A stretch of 51,682 nucleotides of DNA from Comamonadaceae bacterium (GTDB lineage: Bacteria > Pseudomonadota > Gammaproteobacteria > Burkholderiales > Burkholderiaceae_C): the NCBI GenBank assembly GCA_013823655.1, contig PNMN01000001.1, positions 1 to 51,682 on the forward strand, written 5' to 3'. This document shows, piece after piece, positions 42,372 to 51,682 of the stretch (positions are counted from its first letter, which is position 1; each line of letters opens with the position of its first letter). Made by a program: the position numbers and the translations under genes. The notes beneath the pieces are model-generated. The model saw only the letters and a program-made list of their open reading frames with translations, had not been told where the DNA came from and made no database searches.

Positions 42372-43416
42372 AACGGCCGTCCTTCGCGTTGCACGCCTCG
42401 ATAGCACCGACACCGAACAGGTCGCCCGATGGGAAGCCTTTGTGCAAGGTTGTTCTCAGGCCACGTTTTTCCACCGGGCCGGGTGGCAGTCGGTGATCAG
42501 GCAGGTGTTTGGCCACGCCACCCATTTTCTTTATGCGCATGTCGATGGTGACATCCGGGGTGTGCTGCCGCTGGGCGAGATCCGCAGTCGGTTGTTTGGT
42601 CATGCGCTGACCAGTCTGCCGTTCGCGGTCTACGGTGGCGTGGCGGCCACCGACGAGGCGGCCCGCGAAGCGCTGGAGTCCCATGCGCAGTCGCTGGCCC
42701 AATCCCTGGGCGTCGAGCACCTGGAGCTGCGCCAGCTCGATCGCCGTCACCCCGAGTGGCCGGTCCAGGATCTTTACGTCACTTTCCGCAAGTCGATCTT
42801 GCCCAAAGAAGAAGACAACATGCTCGCCATCCCGCGCAAACAGCGCGCGATGGTGCGCAAGGGCATCAAGCTGGGCCTGCAGGCATCGGTCGACACGGGG
42901 GTGGATCGGTTTTTCAACCTCTACGCCGACAACGTCCACCGCCACGGCACGCCGGCCATGCCCAGGCGGTATTTCCAGGCCTTGCTGGACACCTTTGGCA
43001 GCGACTGCGAAATCCTGACCGTGTGCTCCGCAGAGGGGCGCCCTCTCAGCAGCGTGATGAGCTTCTATTTTCGCGACGAGGTGCTGCCCTATTACGCCGG
43101 CGACGATGCGGCCGCGCGCGATCTGGCCGCCAACGACTTCAAGTACTGGGAGCTGATGCGCCGTGCTTGCGCCCGCGGACTCAAGGTGTTCGACTTCGGC
43201 CGCAGCAAGGTGGGCACGGGCCCGTATGCATTCAAGAAAAATTGGGGGTTCGAGCCGACACCGCTGCACTATGAGTTCTGCCTCTATCGGCGCCAGGGCA
43301 TTCCGCAGAACAACCCCAACAACGCCAAGTACCGGCTGCTGATTGCGGCCTGGAAACGCATGCCGCTGCCATTGGCCAACTGGCTGGGGCCGTTCATCGT
43401 GCGCAATCTGGGCTGA
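42364..43416 (+). CDS. FemAB-like GNAT-fold protein (TIGR03019-type)
   Basis: ATFFH, SLPFAVYGG, RKQRAMVRK, HGTP, FDFGRSKVGTG, FKKNWGF. TTG start inferred. Confidence 0.9.
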   Translation: MSETAVLRVARLDSTDTEQVARWEAFVQGCSQATFFHRAGWQSVIRQVFGHATHFLYAHVDGDIRGVLPLGEIRSRLFGHALTSLPFAVYGGVAATDEAAREALESHAQSLAQSLGVEHLELRQLDRRHPEWPVQDLYVTFRKSILPKEEDNMLAIPRKQRAMVRKGIKLGLQASVDTGVDRFFNLYADNVHRHGTPAMPRRYFQALLDTFGSDCEILTVCSAEGRPLSSVMSFYFRDEVLPYYAGDDAAARDLAANDFKYWELMRRACARGLKVFDFGRSKVGTGPYAFKKNWGFEPTPLHYEFCLYRRQGIPQNNPNNAKYRLLIAAWKRMPLPLANWLGPFIVRNLG

Positions 43417-43419
43417 CCC

Positions 43420-44668
43420 GTGTCTGGTGTTACCGATCCTCGTCGCGGCAACCTGCTGTATCTGGTGCACCGCCTGCCGTACCCGCCCAACAAGGGTGAC
43501 AAGGTGCGGTCTTACCATTTGCTCAAACACCTGTTGCAAACCCACCGGGTGTTTCTGGGCACGTTCATCGACGACCCCGAGGACGAAAAGCACCTGCCCG
43601 CCCTTCGTGCGCTGTGTCCCGATCTCCACGTCGAGCGCATTGCGCCGCGCCGGGCCAAGGTGGCCAGTCTGGCAGGCTTGCTGACCGGTGAAGCACTGAC
43701 GCTCGGCTACTACCGCAACCAGGGATTGCAGCAATGGGTGCAGCAGATGGCCGGTCTCCACCCGTTTCGGGCTTCGTTGGTCTTCTCGTCGTCCATGGCC
43801 CAGTACGCCCAGCCGCTGTTGCCCTCCGTGCCCATGCTGGTGGACTTTGTCGATGTGGATTCCGCCAAGTGGACGCAGTACGCACCCGATCACCGCTGGC
43901 CCATGTCCTGGCTGTACCGCCGAGAAGGCCGAGAACTGCTGCGCTGCGAGCGCCAGGTGGCGCATTCAGGCGCAGCAGTCCTTCTTCGTGACGCCCAACG
44001 AGTGCGAGCTGTTCCTCGGCCAGGCGCCCGAGAGCCGTGGACGGGTGCAGGCCCTGAGCAACGGCGTGGATGCCGGGTTCTTCCAGCCCGATTCGGCCCG
44101 GCAGTCGCCGTTTGGGGCCAGCGAAATACCCATCGTGTTCACCGGTGCCATGGACTACTGGCCGAACATCGATGGGGTGTCCTGGTTTGCCAAAGACATG
44201 CTGCCTGCACTGCGCCAGCGCTGGCCGCAGGCGCGCTTTTACATCGTTGGGCGCAGCCCATCCGATGCGGTGCGCGCACTGGCCGCGCAAGACGTGGTGG
44301 TGACGGGCACCGTGCCCGATGTGCGCCCCTACCTGCAGCATGCCTCGGTGGTGGTCGCGCCTTTGCGCGTGGCGCGCGGGATTCAGAACAAGATTCTCGA
44401 AGCGATGGCGATGGGGCAAGCCGTGGTCACGGTCGGTTCATGCGCCGAGGCCATCGGCGCCCAACCCGACCAGGGGCTTGTGCGTGCCGATACCGCGCCC
44501 GCCTTTGTTGAGGCGCTGCACGGACTGTTGGCGGATGCAGGGAGATCGCGTCAGATTGGGAACAGAGCGCGCGAGTTCGTGTTGAAGGGATACAGCTGGC
44601 AGGCTCACCTCGCAGGCCTGGATGTCCATCTGGGTCGGGTGCCCGTTGCGGAGGCCGGACGTGCTTGA
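43420..44668 (+). pseudogene. GT4 glycosyltransferase (TIGR03087-type), frameshifted near 43963
   Basis: HRLPYPPNKGDKVRS...DFVDVDSAKW in one frame; FTGAMDYWPN...ARGIQNKILEAMA in another. Confidence 0.85.
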
Positions 44669-46241
44669 TCGCTTGCAACTGCCAGGGCACTGGCGCCTGC
44701 CGAGCATCGTTCTTCTGGTGTTGTGGTTGGCCATGCTGGGGATCTACCACCAGACCGCTGGCGGCATGGTGGACATCTGGTCCCGCTCGGACACCTACGC
44801 CCACGGATTCGTCGTCCCCCTGATCTCGGCCTGGCTGATCTGGCGCATGCGCCGTGCGCTGCTGGCCATGCGGCCCGAGCCATCGCGTCTGGCCTGGGTC
44901 TTGATGCTGGGCGTTTGCCTGGTCTGGTTTGCCGGGCACCTTGTGGCGGTCAACGCAGTCACCCAGCTGGCTTTGGTCAGCATGCTGGTGCTGGCCGTAC
45001 CGGCCGTGTGTGGCTGGTCGGTGGCGTGGGCGATGGCCTTTCCGCTCGGGTTCCTGTACTTCGCCGTGCCGGTGGGTGACTTCCTGCTCCCCACGCTGAT
45101 GACCCACACCGCCGATTTCACGGTGCTTGCGTTGCGCCTGACCGGCATTCCGGTGTATCGCGAAGGCCTGCAATTCGTCATACCCTCGGGCTCCTGGTCG
45201 GTGGTTGAAGCCTGCAGCGGCATTCGCTACCTGATCGCTTCGCTGACGGTGGGCAGCTTGTTTGCCTACTTGAGTTTCCAAAGCACGCGCAAGCGACTGG
45301 TGTTCATCGGTGTGTCTTTGCTGGTGCCGCTGGTGGCCAACTGGCTGCGGGCCTACCTGATCGTGCTGCTGGGACACTTCTCGGGCAACGAGTTGGCCAC
45401 GGGCGTGGACCACCTGATCTATGGGTGGGTGTTTTTTGGCGTTGTGATCCTGGCCATGCTGTTCGTCGGCGCCCGCTACGCCGACGCCCCGCAGGCGAAG
45501 AGGGTTCACCCAGCCTGGGACTTGACCGTTGACGCCACCGCTGGCCGCAGCCGCCTGCAGGCCGGAGCGCTGGCGGCCGTCTTGCTGGTGCTGGTTCTGC
45601 CGCTGGGGCTCGAACGCTGGCTGGCGGACAGCGTCATCAAGGAACCGGTGCGCTGGGCGCCACTGGCGCTGCAAAAGCCGTGGACGCTCGTCGATGCGCA
45701 GGCCGACCACTGGGAGCCCAGCTTTGCCCATGCCTCCACCGCGCAGCACCTGGTCTTTGCCGACAGCGCGCCGACACCCGTGGGCTTGCACCTCAGCTAT
45801 TACCGGCAGCAGGACTACACGCGCAAGCTGGTGAGCTCCACCAACACGCTGGTTCGCAGCGAGGACGACCGCTGGGTGCGGGTGGGTGCAGAAGGCGTGC
45901 AGACCGAGCTGGCGGGTCGGTCGCTGCGCGTCTGGGCAGAGAGCCTGCGTGACAAACGCGCTGGACTGGTCACATCCGGCCAGCGCCTGCGCGCCTGGCG
46001 GTTTTACTGGGTCGATGACAGTTTCACCGCCAGTGATTTCCAGGCCAAGCTGCTGGGTGCACGCTCACTGCTGCGCGCGCGCGGCGACGACGGCGCCATC
46101 GTGGTGCTGTACACGCCCTTCGATCCCAGCTTGTCCGAGGTGCAAGGGCGCGACCGGGCCGACCAGGTATTGCGCAATTTCCTGCAGCTCCATGGCCAGG
46201 CGCTCGGCACCATGTTGCGCCAGACCCGGGGAGGCACCTGA
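44661..46241 (+). CDS. xrtA: Exosortase A fused to a C-terminal EpsI domain
   Basis: Multi-TM; YAHG; catalytic VEACSGIRY (Cys), ANWLR (Arg), DHLIYGW (His); soluble tail YYRQQ..KLVSS..FYWV. GTG start after GGAGG. Confidence 0.94.
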   Translation: MLDRLQLPGHWRLPSIVLLVLWLAMLGIYHQTAGGMVDIWSRSDTYAHGFVVPLISAWLIWRMRRALLAMRPEPSRLAWVLMLGVCLVWFAGHLVAVNAVTQLALVSMLVLAVPAVCGWSVAWAMAFPLGFLYFAVPVGDFLLPTLMTHTADFTVLALRLTGIPVYREGLQFVIPSGSWSVVEACSGIRYLIASLTVGSLFAYLSFQSTRKRLVFIGVSLLVPLVANWLRAYLIVLLGHFSGNELATGVDHLIYGWVFFGVVILAMLFVGARYADAPQAKRVHPAWDLTVDATAGRSRLQAGALAAVLLVLVLPLGLERWLADSVIKEPVRWAPLALQKPWTLVDAQADHWEPSFAHASTAQHLVFADSAPTPVGLHLSYYRQQDYTRKLVSSTNTLVRSEDDRWVRVGAEGVQTELAGRSLRVWAESLRDKRAGLVTSGQRLRAWRFYWVDDSFTASDFQAKLLGARSLLRARGDDGAIVVLYTPFDPSLSEVQGRDRADQVLRNFLQLHGQALGTMLRQTRGGT

Positions 46242-46242
46242 C

Positions 46243-48150
46243 ATGTGTGGCATCTCCGGCCTGTTTGACCCCCAGGGCCTGCGCAGCTTCGACCCGGCCC
46301 TGCTGGTGCGCATCAACAACGTGCAGTCCCATCGTGGCCCCGATGAAGACGGGCTGCACCTGGAGCCGGGACTGGCGCTCGGGCATCGCCGCCTGTCGGT
46401 GATCGATCTGTCCACCGGGCAGCAGCCCTTGTTCAACGAGGACGGCTCGGTGGCCATCGTTTTCAACGGCGAAATCTACAACTTCCAGGCTTTGGTGCCC
46501 GAGTTGCAGGCGCTTGGTTTTCGCTTTCGCACCCGCAGCGACACGGAGGTGATCGTGCATGCCTGGCAGGCGTGGGGGCCGGAATGCGTCCACCGCTTGC
46601 GCGGCATGTTCGCTTTTGCACTGTGGGACCGCCACCGCCAGACCCTGTTTCTGGCCCGCGACCGCATGGGCGTCAAGCCGCTGCACTACGCCTGGCTGTC
46701 CGATGGCAGCTTTGTGTTCGGCTCCGAGCTCAAAGTGCTCACTGCGCACCCTGCGTTTGATCGCAAACTCGATCCCCGGGCGGTGGAAGACTATTTCACT
46801 TTCGGCTACATCCCGGACCCCCGATGCATCTACGGCCATGCGCACAAGCTGCCTGCGGGGCACACACTCACCCTGGTGCGCGGCGAAGCGGCCCGACCAG
46901 CACCGCAGCCTTATTGGGACGTTCGGTTCACCCACGACAACCCCATAGGGCTGGCCGACGCCGAGGCCGAACTGCGCGAACGCGTCAGCGAGTCGGTGCG
47001 GTTGCGCATGATCGCCGACGTGCCGCTGGGCGCTTTCCTGTCGGGCGGCGTCGATTCCAGCGCCGTCGTCGCCAGCATGGCGCGCCTGTCGGACAAGCCG
47101 GTACAGACCTGCTCGATCGGTTTTGACGATCCCCGTTTCAACGAATCCCAATTCGCCCAGCAGGTGGCGGATCGTTACCACACGGACCACCGGCTGGAGG
47201 TGGTCGGCAGCGACGACTTCGACCTGGTCGATACCCTGGCCTGGCTCTACGACGAGCCCTACGCCGACAGTTCGGCCATCCCCACCTACCGGGTGTGCCA
47301 GATGGCACGCAAGCATGTGACGGTGGCCCTGTCGGGCGATGGCGGCGATGAAAGCCTGGGCGGCTACCGGCGCTACCGCATGCACCTGGGCGAGCAGCGC
47401 GTGCGCGGACGGCTTCCGCTGGGTTTGCGTCGGCCCGTGTTTGGCGCGCTGGGGCAGTTGTACCCCAAGGCCGACTGGGCTCCGCGCGTCTTGCGCGCCA
47501 AGACCACGTTTCAGGCCATGGCCATGGACGCGGTACAGGCGTATCACCACAGCATGTCGCATTTGCGGGCACCCGAGCGGGCCAGGCTGTTCTCGCCAGC
47601 ACTGCTTCGTGAGCTCGGCGGTTACCGGTCGATCGAGGTCTTTCGCGAGCACGCCAACAACCTGCACTCCGATGATCCTCTCGCCCTGGTGCAGTACCTG
47701 GACTACAAGACCTGGCTGGTTGGGGACATCAACACCAAGGTCGACCGGGCCAGCATGGCGCACTCGCTCGAGGTTCGTGAGCCGCTGATGGACCACGAAC
47801 TCGTGCAGTGGCTGGCCACCCTGCCCAGCGATTTCAAGATCCGCAGCGGCGAAGGCAAGTACGTGTTCAAAAAGGCGTTTGAACCGCTGTTGCCGCACGA
47901 CGTGCTCTACCGGCCCAAGATGGGGTTTTCGGTGCCCATGGCGAGCTGGCTGCGCGGCCCGCTGCAAGCACGCATGCGCGAAGCGGTGTTGGGCGAGCGT
48001 TTGCGCACCAGTGGCTATTTCAACGCCGAGACGCTCGACACTTTGGTGAGAGAGCATCTGAGCGGCCAGCGCGATCATTCGACTGCGCTGTGGATGCTGA
48101 TCATGTTCGATGCGTTCCTGCGTTTGCAGGAGCTTCCTGTGGTCAGTTGA
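46243..48150 (+). CDS. Asparagine synthase-like glutamine amidotransferase of the XrtA system (TIGR03108-type)
   Basis: MCGI (Ntn Cys), HRGPD, GHRRLS, NGEIYN, FLSGGVDSS, SGDGGDE, KVDRASMAHSLEVR. Confidence 0.93.
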   Translation: MCGISGLFDPQGLRSFDPALLVRINNVQSHRGPDEDGLHLEPGLALGHRRLSVIDLSTGQQPLFNEDGSVAIVFNGEIYNFQALVPELQALGFRFRTRSDTEVIVHAWQAWGPECVHRLRGMFAFALWDRHRQTLFLARDRMGVKPLHYAWLSDGSFVFGSELKVLTAHPAFDRKLDPRAVEDYFTFGYIPDPRCIYGHAHKLPAGHTLTLVRGEAARPAPQPYWDVRFTHDNPIGLADAEAELRERVSESVRLRMIADVPLGAFLSGGVDSSAVVASMARLSDKPVQTCSIGFDDPRFNESQFAQQVADRYHTDHRLEVVGSDDFDLVDTLAWLYDEPYADSSAIPTYRVCQMARKHVTVALSGDGGDESLGGYRRYRMHLGEQRVRGRLPLGLRRPVFGALGQLYPKADWAPRVLRAKTTFQAMAMDAVQAYHHSMSHLRAPERARLFSPALLRELGGYRSIEVFREHANNLHSDDPLALVQYLDYKTWLVGDINTKVDRASMAHSLEVREPLMDHELVQWLATLPSDFKIRSGEGKYVFKKAFEPLLPHDVLYRPKMGFSVPMASWLRGPLQARMREAVLGERLRTSGYFNAETLDTLVREHLSGQRDHSTALWMLIMFDAFLRLQELPVVS

Positions 48151-48187
48151 ACACGGTATTTTTTGGGTTTTTGAACAGGGGTGTGAT

Positions 48188-50290
48188 TTGAGCAAGACAA
48201 AGAACGTGGTGCTGGTGGGGGCGGGAAACATTGCGCAGGCGCACGCTGCGGCACTGCGCGAGATTGAAGGCGTTTCGCTGGCTGGCGTGGTGGATGTGAA
48301 TCCAGCCGCCGCCCGAGCCCTGGCGGCCAGCCATGGGGCCCGGCAGGTGTTTGCCAACGCGCAAGAAGCCATCGCCTCGGGTGCCGACGCTTTCCACGTG
48401 CTGACTCCACCCGACCTGCACCTGCAATCCGCCTTGCCCTATGTACAGGCGGGCAAGATCGTGTTGCTGGAGAAGCCGATTGGCGTCAGTGTGGCCGAGT
48501 GCGACGCGCTGCGCGCAGCGGCGCAGGCCTCGGGTGCGGTGGTCGGCGTCAACCAGAACCTGATCTTCAACCCGGCCTATGTGCAACTGAAGACGGCGGT
48601 GCAGTCCGGGCGTCTGGGCAAGCCGCTGTATGTGGACTATGTGTATGAAGTCCCGCTGCGCCAGTTGGCTGCGCGCCAGTTCGGCCACTGGATGTTCCGG
48701 GAGCCGCTCAACATCTTGCTGGAACAAGCGGTGCACCCGCTGTCGCAGGTCATCGACTTTGCCGGCCCCATGGTGGAGCTCAACACCCTGGCGCAAACAC
48801 CGGTGGAAATTTCGCCCGGTGTCGGGCTTCACAATGCCTGCCAGCTCTCGATGCTCTGCGAGCGCATGCCGGCACACCTGCGTTTTCATGTCGGCGCCAA
48901 TTTCACGGTGTGCCGCATGACGGTGGTGTGTGACGACGGCGTGGCGGTGGCCGACATGTTCGCCAACCAGTTCCACACCTTGGAGCGCACCGCTTACATG
49001 GACCCAATGGACGCCTGGCTGTCGGCGCGCAAGACCGCGCGCCAGGTGGCCCGGCAGGGTTTCGGCGTGCTGCGCGACTACGTTCTGGCGATGGCCAAAC
49101 TCAAGCCCCGATCCGATGCGTTCTTTCTCGGGATGAAGGGCAGCATCCAGGCTTTTTACAGCGATCTGGAGCAGCAGGGCAGACCGCGCATCGATCTCGA
49201 TTTCGGTGCCCATCTGGTCGATATCTGCGAGCGCACGGCAGCCGCTTTCAAGCCGTTGCCCGCCCGCGCAGTGCCGGCTGCCACCAGCCCCGAGCCCGCC
49301 GGTCCGCTGGTGGCGGTGCTGGGCGGGACCGGCTTTATCGGTTCGTACACCGTGGCGGCGTTGCTCGATCAGGGGTACCGGGTGCGGGTCATGGCGCGCA
49401 GCGTGCGCAACCTGCAGGCGGTGTTCCATCGGCCTAGTGTGGAGCTGGTGCCGGGTGACGTCAAGCGCGAAAGCGACATCGAGCGCGTGGTGGCCGGCGC
49501 GCGTTTCGTGATCAACCTCGCCCACGGCGGTGGCGGTGCGGACTTCGAGGCGATTCGTGCCGCCATGGTGGACTCGGCGCTGGCGGTGGCCCGGGTTTCG
49601 CAGGCCGCAGGCGTCGAGCGTCTGGTGCATGTGGGTTCCATTGCCGGCTTGTATGTGGGCAATCCGGCCGACGTGATCACCGGCTCCACCGGCACCGATC
49701 CGCGCCCTGCCACGCGCAACGATTACGCCCACGCCAAAGCGCTGGCCGACGATGCCTTGCTGGCGTTTCACCGTGAAACCGGTTTCCCGCTGGTGTTGCT
49801 GCGCCCCGGCCTGGTGGCGGGCGCCGGGACCTCCCCCTTTCATGGAGGTCTGGGCTTTTTCAACAACGATCAATACTGCATCGGCTGGAATCAGGGCACG
49901 AACCCATTGCCCTGGGTCCTGGTGAGCGACTGCGCCACCGCCATCTGTTCCGCCATGACGTCACCCGCAGCCAACGGCAAGGCGTACAACCTGGTGGGGG
50001 ACGTGCGGCCCTCGGCGCGCGAGTACATCGCCCAGGTCGCCGCCGTGACCGGTCGCCCCCTGCGTTTTGTGCCGTCCTCGCCCACGGGTTTGTGGCTGGC
50101 CGAAATGGGCAAATGGCTGATCAAGCGCATCACGGGTCGGCGGGTACCACGGCCTTACAAGCGCGATCTGCTGTCGCGCGGGTTGCCAGCCCGGTTCGAT
50201 ATCGCCGATGTGAAGCGCGACCTGAACTGGACGCCCGTCGCGGACCCGGCTGTGTTCCATGCCCAGGCGGTCGCGGTGCACGCGAACTGA
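48188..50290 (+). CDS. Fusion of Gfo/Idh/MocA oxidoreductase and NAD-dependent epimerase/dehydratase (extended SDR)
   Basis: N-half GAGNIA and LLEKPI; Pro/Ala linker; C-half GGTGFIG, YAHAK (YxxxK), LRPG. TTG start inferred. Confidence 0.85.
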   Translation: MSKTKNVVLVGAGNIAQAHAAALREIEGVSLAGVVDVNPAAARALAASHGARQVFANAQEAIASGADAFHVLTPPDLHLQSALPYVQAGKIVLLEKPIGVSVAECDALRAAAQASGAVVGVNQNLIFNPAYVQLKTAVQSGRLGKPLYVDYVYEVPLRQLAARQFGHWMFREPLNILLEQAVHPLSQVIDFAGPMVELNTLAQTPVEISPGVGLHNACQLSMLCERMPAHLRFHVGANFTVCRMTVVCDDGVAVADMFANQFHTLERTAYMDPMDAWLSARKTARQVARQGFGVLRDYVLAMAKLKPRSDAFFLGMKGSIQAFYSDLEQQGRPRIDLDFGAHLVDICERTAAAFKPLPARAVPAATSPEPAGPLVAVLGGTGFIGSYTVAALLDQGYRVRVMARSVRNLQAVFHRPSVELVPGDVKRESDIERVVAGARFVINLAHGGGGADFEAIRAAMVDSALAVARVSQAAGVERLVHVGSIAGLYVGNPADVITGSTGTDPRPATRNDYAHAKALADDALLAFHRETGFPLVLLRPGLVAGAGTSPFHGGLGFFNNDQYCIGWNQGTNPLPWVLVSDCATAICSAMTSPAANGKAYNLVGDVRPSAREYIAQVAAVTGRPLRFVPSSPTGLWLAEMGKWLIKRITGRRVPRPYKRDLLSRGLPARFDIADVKRDLNWTPVADPAVFHAQAVAVHAN

Positions 50291-50310
50291 AACCAAACCT
50301 GGCCGTGACC

Positions 50311-51402
50311 ATGTCCACCCGTGTTCTGCTCCACGCGTTCTCGACCTTTGCACTGGGCGGGCCACAGGCGCGTTTTGTGCAACTGGCCAATGCGCTGGGA
50401 TCGGGTTATGAACACATCGTCGTGGCCATGGACAACCGGTTTGAAGCGGGCGACCGGCTTTTGCCACAGGTTCGCTGGCGACCCATGAAACACCAGTGGG
50501 CCAAAGGCGGCATGCTGGCCAACCGGGGCGAGTGCCGTCGCCTGTTGCGTCAACTGCGTCCGGACCTGCTGTTGTCTTACAACTGGGGCGCCATCGAATG
50601 GGCGGCCGCCAACCTGCCTCGGCTGGTCCCCCAGGTGCACGTGGAAGACGGCTTCGGACCCGACGAGGCCCTGGGGCCGTTGCCGCGGCGGGTCTGGACA
50701 CGGCGGGCGCTCCTGGGCCTGGGGCGTGTGCCCGTGGTGGTGGCATCCAGACGCCTGGAGACCATGGCCCGCGATGCCTGGTGGCTGGCGCCCGACCGCG
50801 TGCACTACCTGGCCAACGGCGTGAAGGTGCTCGACCGTGAATCGGACCTTGAAGTCGAGCATGGGGACCGTCCACTGTGCATCGGTACGCTGGCGGGTCT
50901 TCGGCCCGAGAAAAACCTGGCCCGTCTGATTCGGGCGTTCGCCGCCGTGCGTGCGCGCTGGCCCGCCCGCCTGGTGCTGGTGGGCGAAGGGCCACAGCGG
51001 GCCAAGCTGCAAGCCCTGGCTGAGAGCCTGGGTGTGGCGAACGACGTGGAGTTCACCGGCTACCTCACCAACCCCGGGGTGCGTCTGGCTGAGTTCGACC
51101 TGTTTGCCTTGTCATCGGATACCGAGCAGCTCCCCATGGCCTTGCTGGAAGCCATGGCACTGGGCATACCTGCCGTTGCCACCCGGGTGGGCGACATCGA
51201 AGCCGTGCTCGCCGGGGTTTCGCCCGCCAACCTGTGTGAGCCGAATGACGAGGCCTTCGAAAAGGCCCTGCTCAGCGCCATCGAGCAACGCCCACAGTGG
51301 CCCGATTGGGCGGAAAAGGGGCGCGCCGTGGTCCAGTCAAGGTACGGCGAGCAGCAGATGCTCCAGTCTTGGCAAGACGTTTTTGCCGGCCGACTGAATT
51401 GA
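50311..51402 (+). CDS. GT4 glycosyltransferase
   Basis: GGPQ, LRPEKNL, LVGEG, SSDTEQLPMALLEAMALG, TRVGD. Confidence 0.9.
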   Translation: MSTRVLLHAFSTFALGGPQARFVQLANALGSGYEHIVVAMDNRFEAGDRLLPQVRWRPMKHQWAKGGMLANRGECRRLLRQLRPDLLLSYNWGAIEWAAANLPRLVPQVHVEDGFGPDEALGPLPRRVWTRRALLGLGRVPVVVASRRLETMARDAWWLAPDRVHYLANGVKVLDRESDLEVEHGDRPLCIGTLAGLRPEKNLARLIRAFAAVRARWPARLVLVGEGPQRAKLQALAESLGVANDVEFTGYLTNPGVRLAEFDLFALSSDTEQLPMALLEAMALGIPAVATRVGDIEAVLAGVSPANLCEPNDEAFEKALLSAIEQRPQWPDWAEKGRAVVQSRYGEQQMLQSWQDVFAGRLN

Positions 51403-51419
51403 TAGGCTGTCATCCCCGT

Positions 51420-51682
51420 ATGAGAATCCTTCACGTCCTGGATCACTCCATCCCGCTGCACAGCGGCTACACCTTTCGCACGGCGGCGCTGTTGCGAGAG
51501 CAGCGTGCGCTTGGCTGGGAAACACACCACCTCACTTCGCCCAAGCAGGGTGCTACCCCGGGCGCGTTCGAGGAAGTCGATGGCCTGGGTTTTTACCGCA
51601 CCACACCCCCGGTGGGGCGTTCGGCGCGCTGGCCGCTCCTGGGTGAATGGCGACTCATGGCCGCCACCGAACACCGGTTGCG
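51420..51682 (+). CDS. PEP-CTERM/XrtA system glycosyltransferase (TIGR04063-type), partial: runs off the right edge
   Basis: Not in the ORF track. Manual translation MRILHVLDHSIPLHSGYTFRTAALLREQRALGWETHHLTSPKQG..., open to the window end. Confidence 0.88.
   Translation, partial: MRILHVLDHSIPLHSGYTFRTAALLREQRALGWETHHLTSPKQGATPGAFEEVDGLGFYRTTPPVGRSARWPLLGEWRLMAATEHRL

Noticed and set aside
35540-51682. PEP-CTERM substrate genes, prsK/prsR/prsT, or mobility genes in the EPS locus
   Set aside because: No VPEP-TM-basic C-terminus, two-component genes, transposase or flanking repeats were seen within the window.

Overview
High-GC betaproteobacterial chromosomal window. Gene content and synteny suggest Comamonadaceae, possibly Hydrogenophaga-like; this is inference, not a search result. 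From left to right: (1) the start of a nitrate-assimilation operon (nrtA/nasF, nrtB/nasE) with its NIT-ANTAR antiterminator nasR. The cis-circuit is readable in the DNA: NtrC-like sites, a sigma54 promoter, twin ANTAR hairpins and an overlapping terminator. (2) A ModA-fold protein with no signal peptide, tsaD, an orphan Leu/Ile/Val-type binding protein and a PLP aminotransferase. (3) The core block rpsO-pnp-qor(frameshifted)-tpiA-secG-tRNA-Leu(GAG)-nuoA..N-DUF2818. (4) An unknown 114-aa gene and a sigma28-type chemoreceptor that combines a NIT-like periplasmic sensor with a C-terminal cytoplasmic Cache domain. (5) A stand-alone RnfB/RsxB-like ferredoxin, the intracellular PHB depolymerase phaZ (PhaR-type operator, Ala/Lys/Pro tail) and tyrB. 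(6) A PEP-CTERM/exosortase A exopolysaccharide locus that runs off the right edge and includes a Gfo/Idh/MocA-SDR fusion enzyme. Two clear single-base frameshifts and one probable one suggest indel sequencing errors. I found no mobile element, CRISPR array or rRNA. Family names and TIGRFAM numbers are recalled from motifs and gene order; no database search was run. I cannot claim a wholly new system. The best novelty candidates are the dual-sensor chemoreceptor with its neighbouring unknown gene, the near-leaderless sigma54 nasR transcript and the fused dehydrogenase in the EPS locus.
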